Origin: Tubiluchus corallicola
Lineage: Eukaryota; Animalia; Priapulida
DNA length: 64,000 bases
NCBI GenBank assembly: GCA_030141605.1
Contig: JAQGDQ010000484.1
Location: 1 to 64,000, forward strand
Direction: 5' to 3'
Part shown: positions 62,965-64,000 of the stretch, one piece after another
Layout of the letters: every line of letters starts with the position of its first letter
Numbering within the stretch: the stretch's first letter is position 1
Notes under the pieces: model-generated
What the model was told of the DNA's origin: nothing
Databases searched by the model: none
Seen by the model: only the letters and a program-made list of their open reading frames with translations
Position numbers and translations under genes: made by a program

Positions 62965-63570
62965 TGTGGTTTTAGCCATGCTTGGTTTGGATGCACAACT
63001 GCACATGCATATTCACCCACAAAATAACTAGAAGTAGCATGGCAGATGATTGACATGACATCAATCATCCATTTACTATCCAGAGCTACTGCTGCTTAAC
63101 TTTCTGTTCAAGCACACACACCTTTCACTGTGTTTTAGCCACGCTTGGTTCAGATGTACACATATTCACCCACTAAATGGCTAGAGGTAGCAATGTCACG
63201 GTTTCAATCATCCATTTGCAATCCAGAGCTACTGCTGCTTAACTTTAATACTCAAGCATACACATCTGCCACTATGTTTCAGCCATGCTTGGTTCAGATG
63301 CACACACATTCACCCATAAAATAACTAGAAGTAGCATGGCAGATGAATGTCACGGCTTCAATCATCCATTTGCTACTTAGCGCTACTGCTGCTTAACTTT
63401 CATACTCAAGCACACACATCTGCCGTTATGTTTTAGCCACACTTGATTCTGATGCACACACATTCACTCATAAAATAGCTAGAAGTAGCATGACAGATGA
63501 ATGACACTGTTTCATTCATCCATTTGCTATTCAGGGCTACTGCTGCTTAATTTTCGTACTCAAGCACATA
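62965..63570. repeat. ~150-bp tandem repeat (about 4 units)
   Basis: atcatccattt...gctactgctgcttaa recurs at ~63065, 63208, 63361 and 63515. Confidence 0.85.
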
Positions 63571-64000
63571 AAATTAGTCATCGCCAGACATTCAAACAAA
63601 ATGTAATAAAATTATTCATAATTAATTAATAATAAAATGCCGAGAGATTTAGGTTAAGTTTATCAGACATGAAACTTTATTTCAATTAGGTTACGTCCTG
63701 ACAATAATATTAAGCAGTTTTCACTGTTTCTGAATAAGCATATCTAGTTTCTTCTGCATGAATATTACATTGTACCTCTTCTTATACACGCTTATCTGAT
63801 CGTGCAACTTATAAATAAACATTAATTAAGCTTTAATTATCATTAAATATCATGGGTTGTTATGTATACAATGCACAATAATCAAGAATCAATCAAATCT
63901 GCCAAACTTTAGCACCTGTCAGCACTTAGCAATGGCAGGGATCATAGCTAGATACTCCCATCCCACCTGTCAGCGCTTAGCAATGGCAGGGATCATAGCT

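Overview
AT-rich, repeat-dense animal genomic DNA with spliceosomal GT-AG introns, probably from an invertebrate; the taxon cannot be identified from the sequence. Two multi-exon genes were reconstructed by hand on the + strand. (1) About 15.4-33.4 kb, 5' end unresolved: a PARG (poly(ADP-ribose) glycohydrolase)-fold gene. Its catalytic GGG-X-QEE signature and GCGAFGG loop are degenerate or missing, and it has an ~860-codon insertion rich in AKAP-like amphipathic helices and RRxS motifs. (2) 44215-59653: an 8-exon, 959-aa protein with a signal peptide, two tandem GPR158/GPR179-type ectodomain modules (Cache-like plus Cys-rich EGF-like), a Pro/Gly/Tyr linker with furin-type sites, no 7TM region and a GPI-like C-terminus. 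An orphan paralogous first exon (39502-40484) has its own signal peptide and ends in the same phase, so it could splice onto the same downstream exons, swapping the first sensor domain. The rest is mostly non-autonomous DNA transposons (MITEs), SINE and LINE fragments, and mini/microsatellites. All family assignments come from motif recognition by eye; no searches were run.
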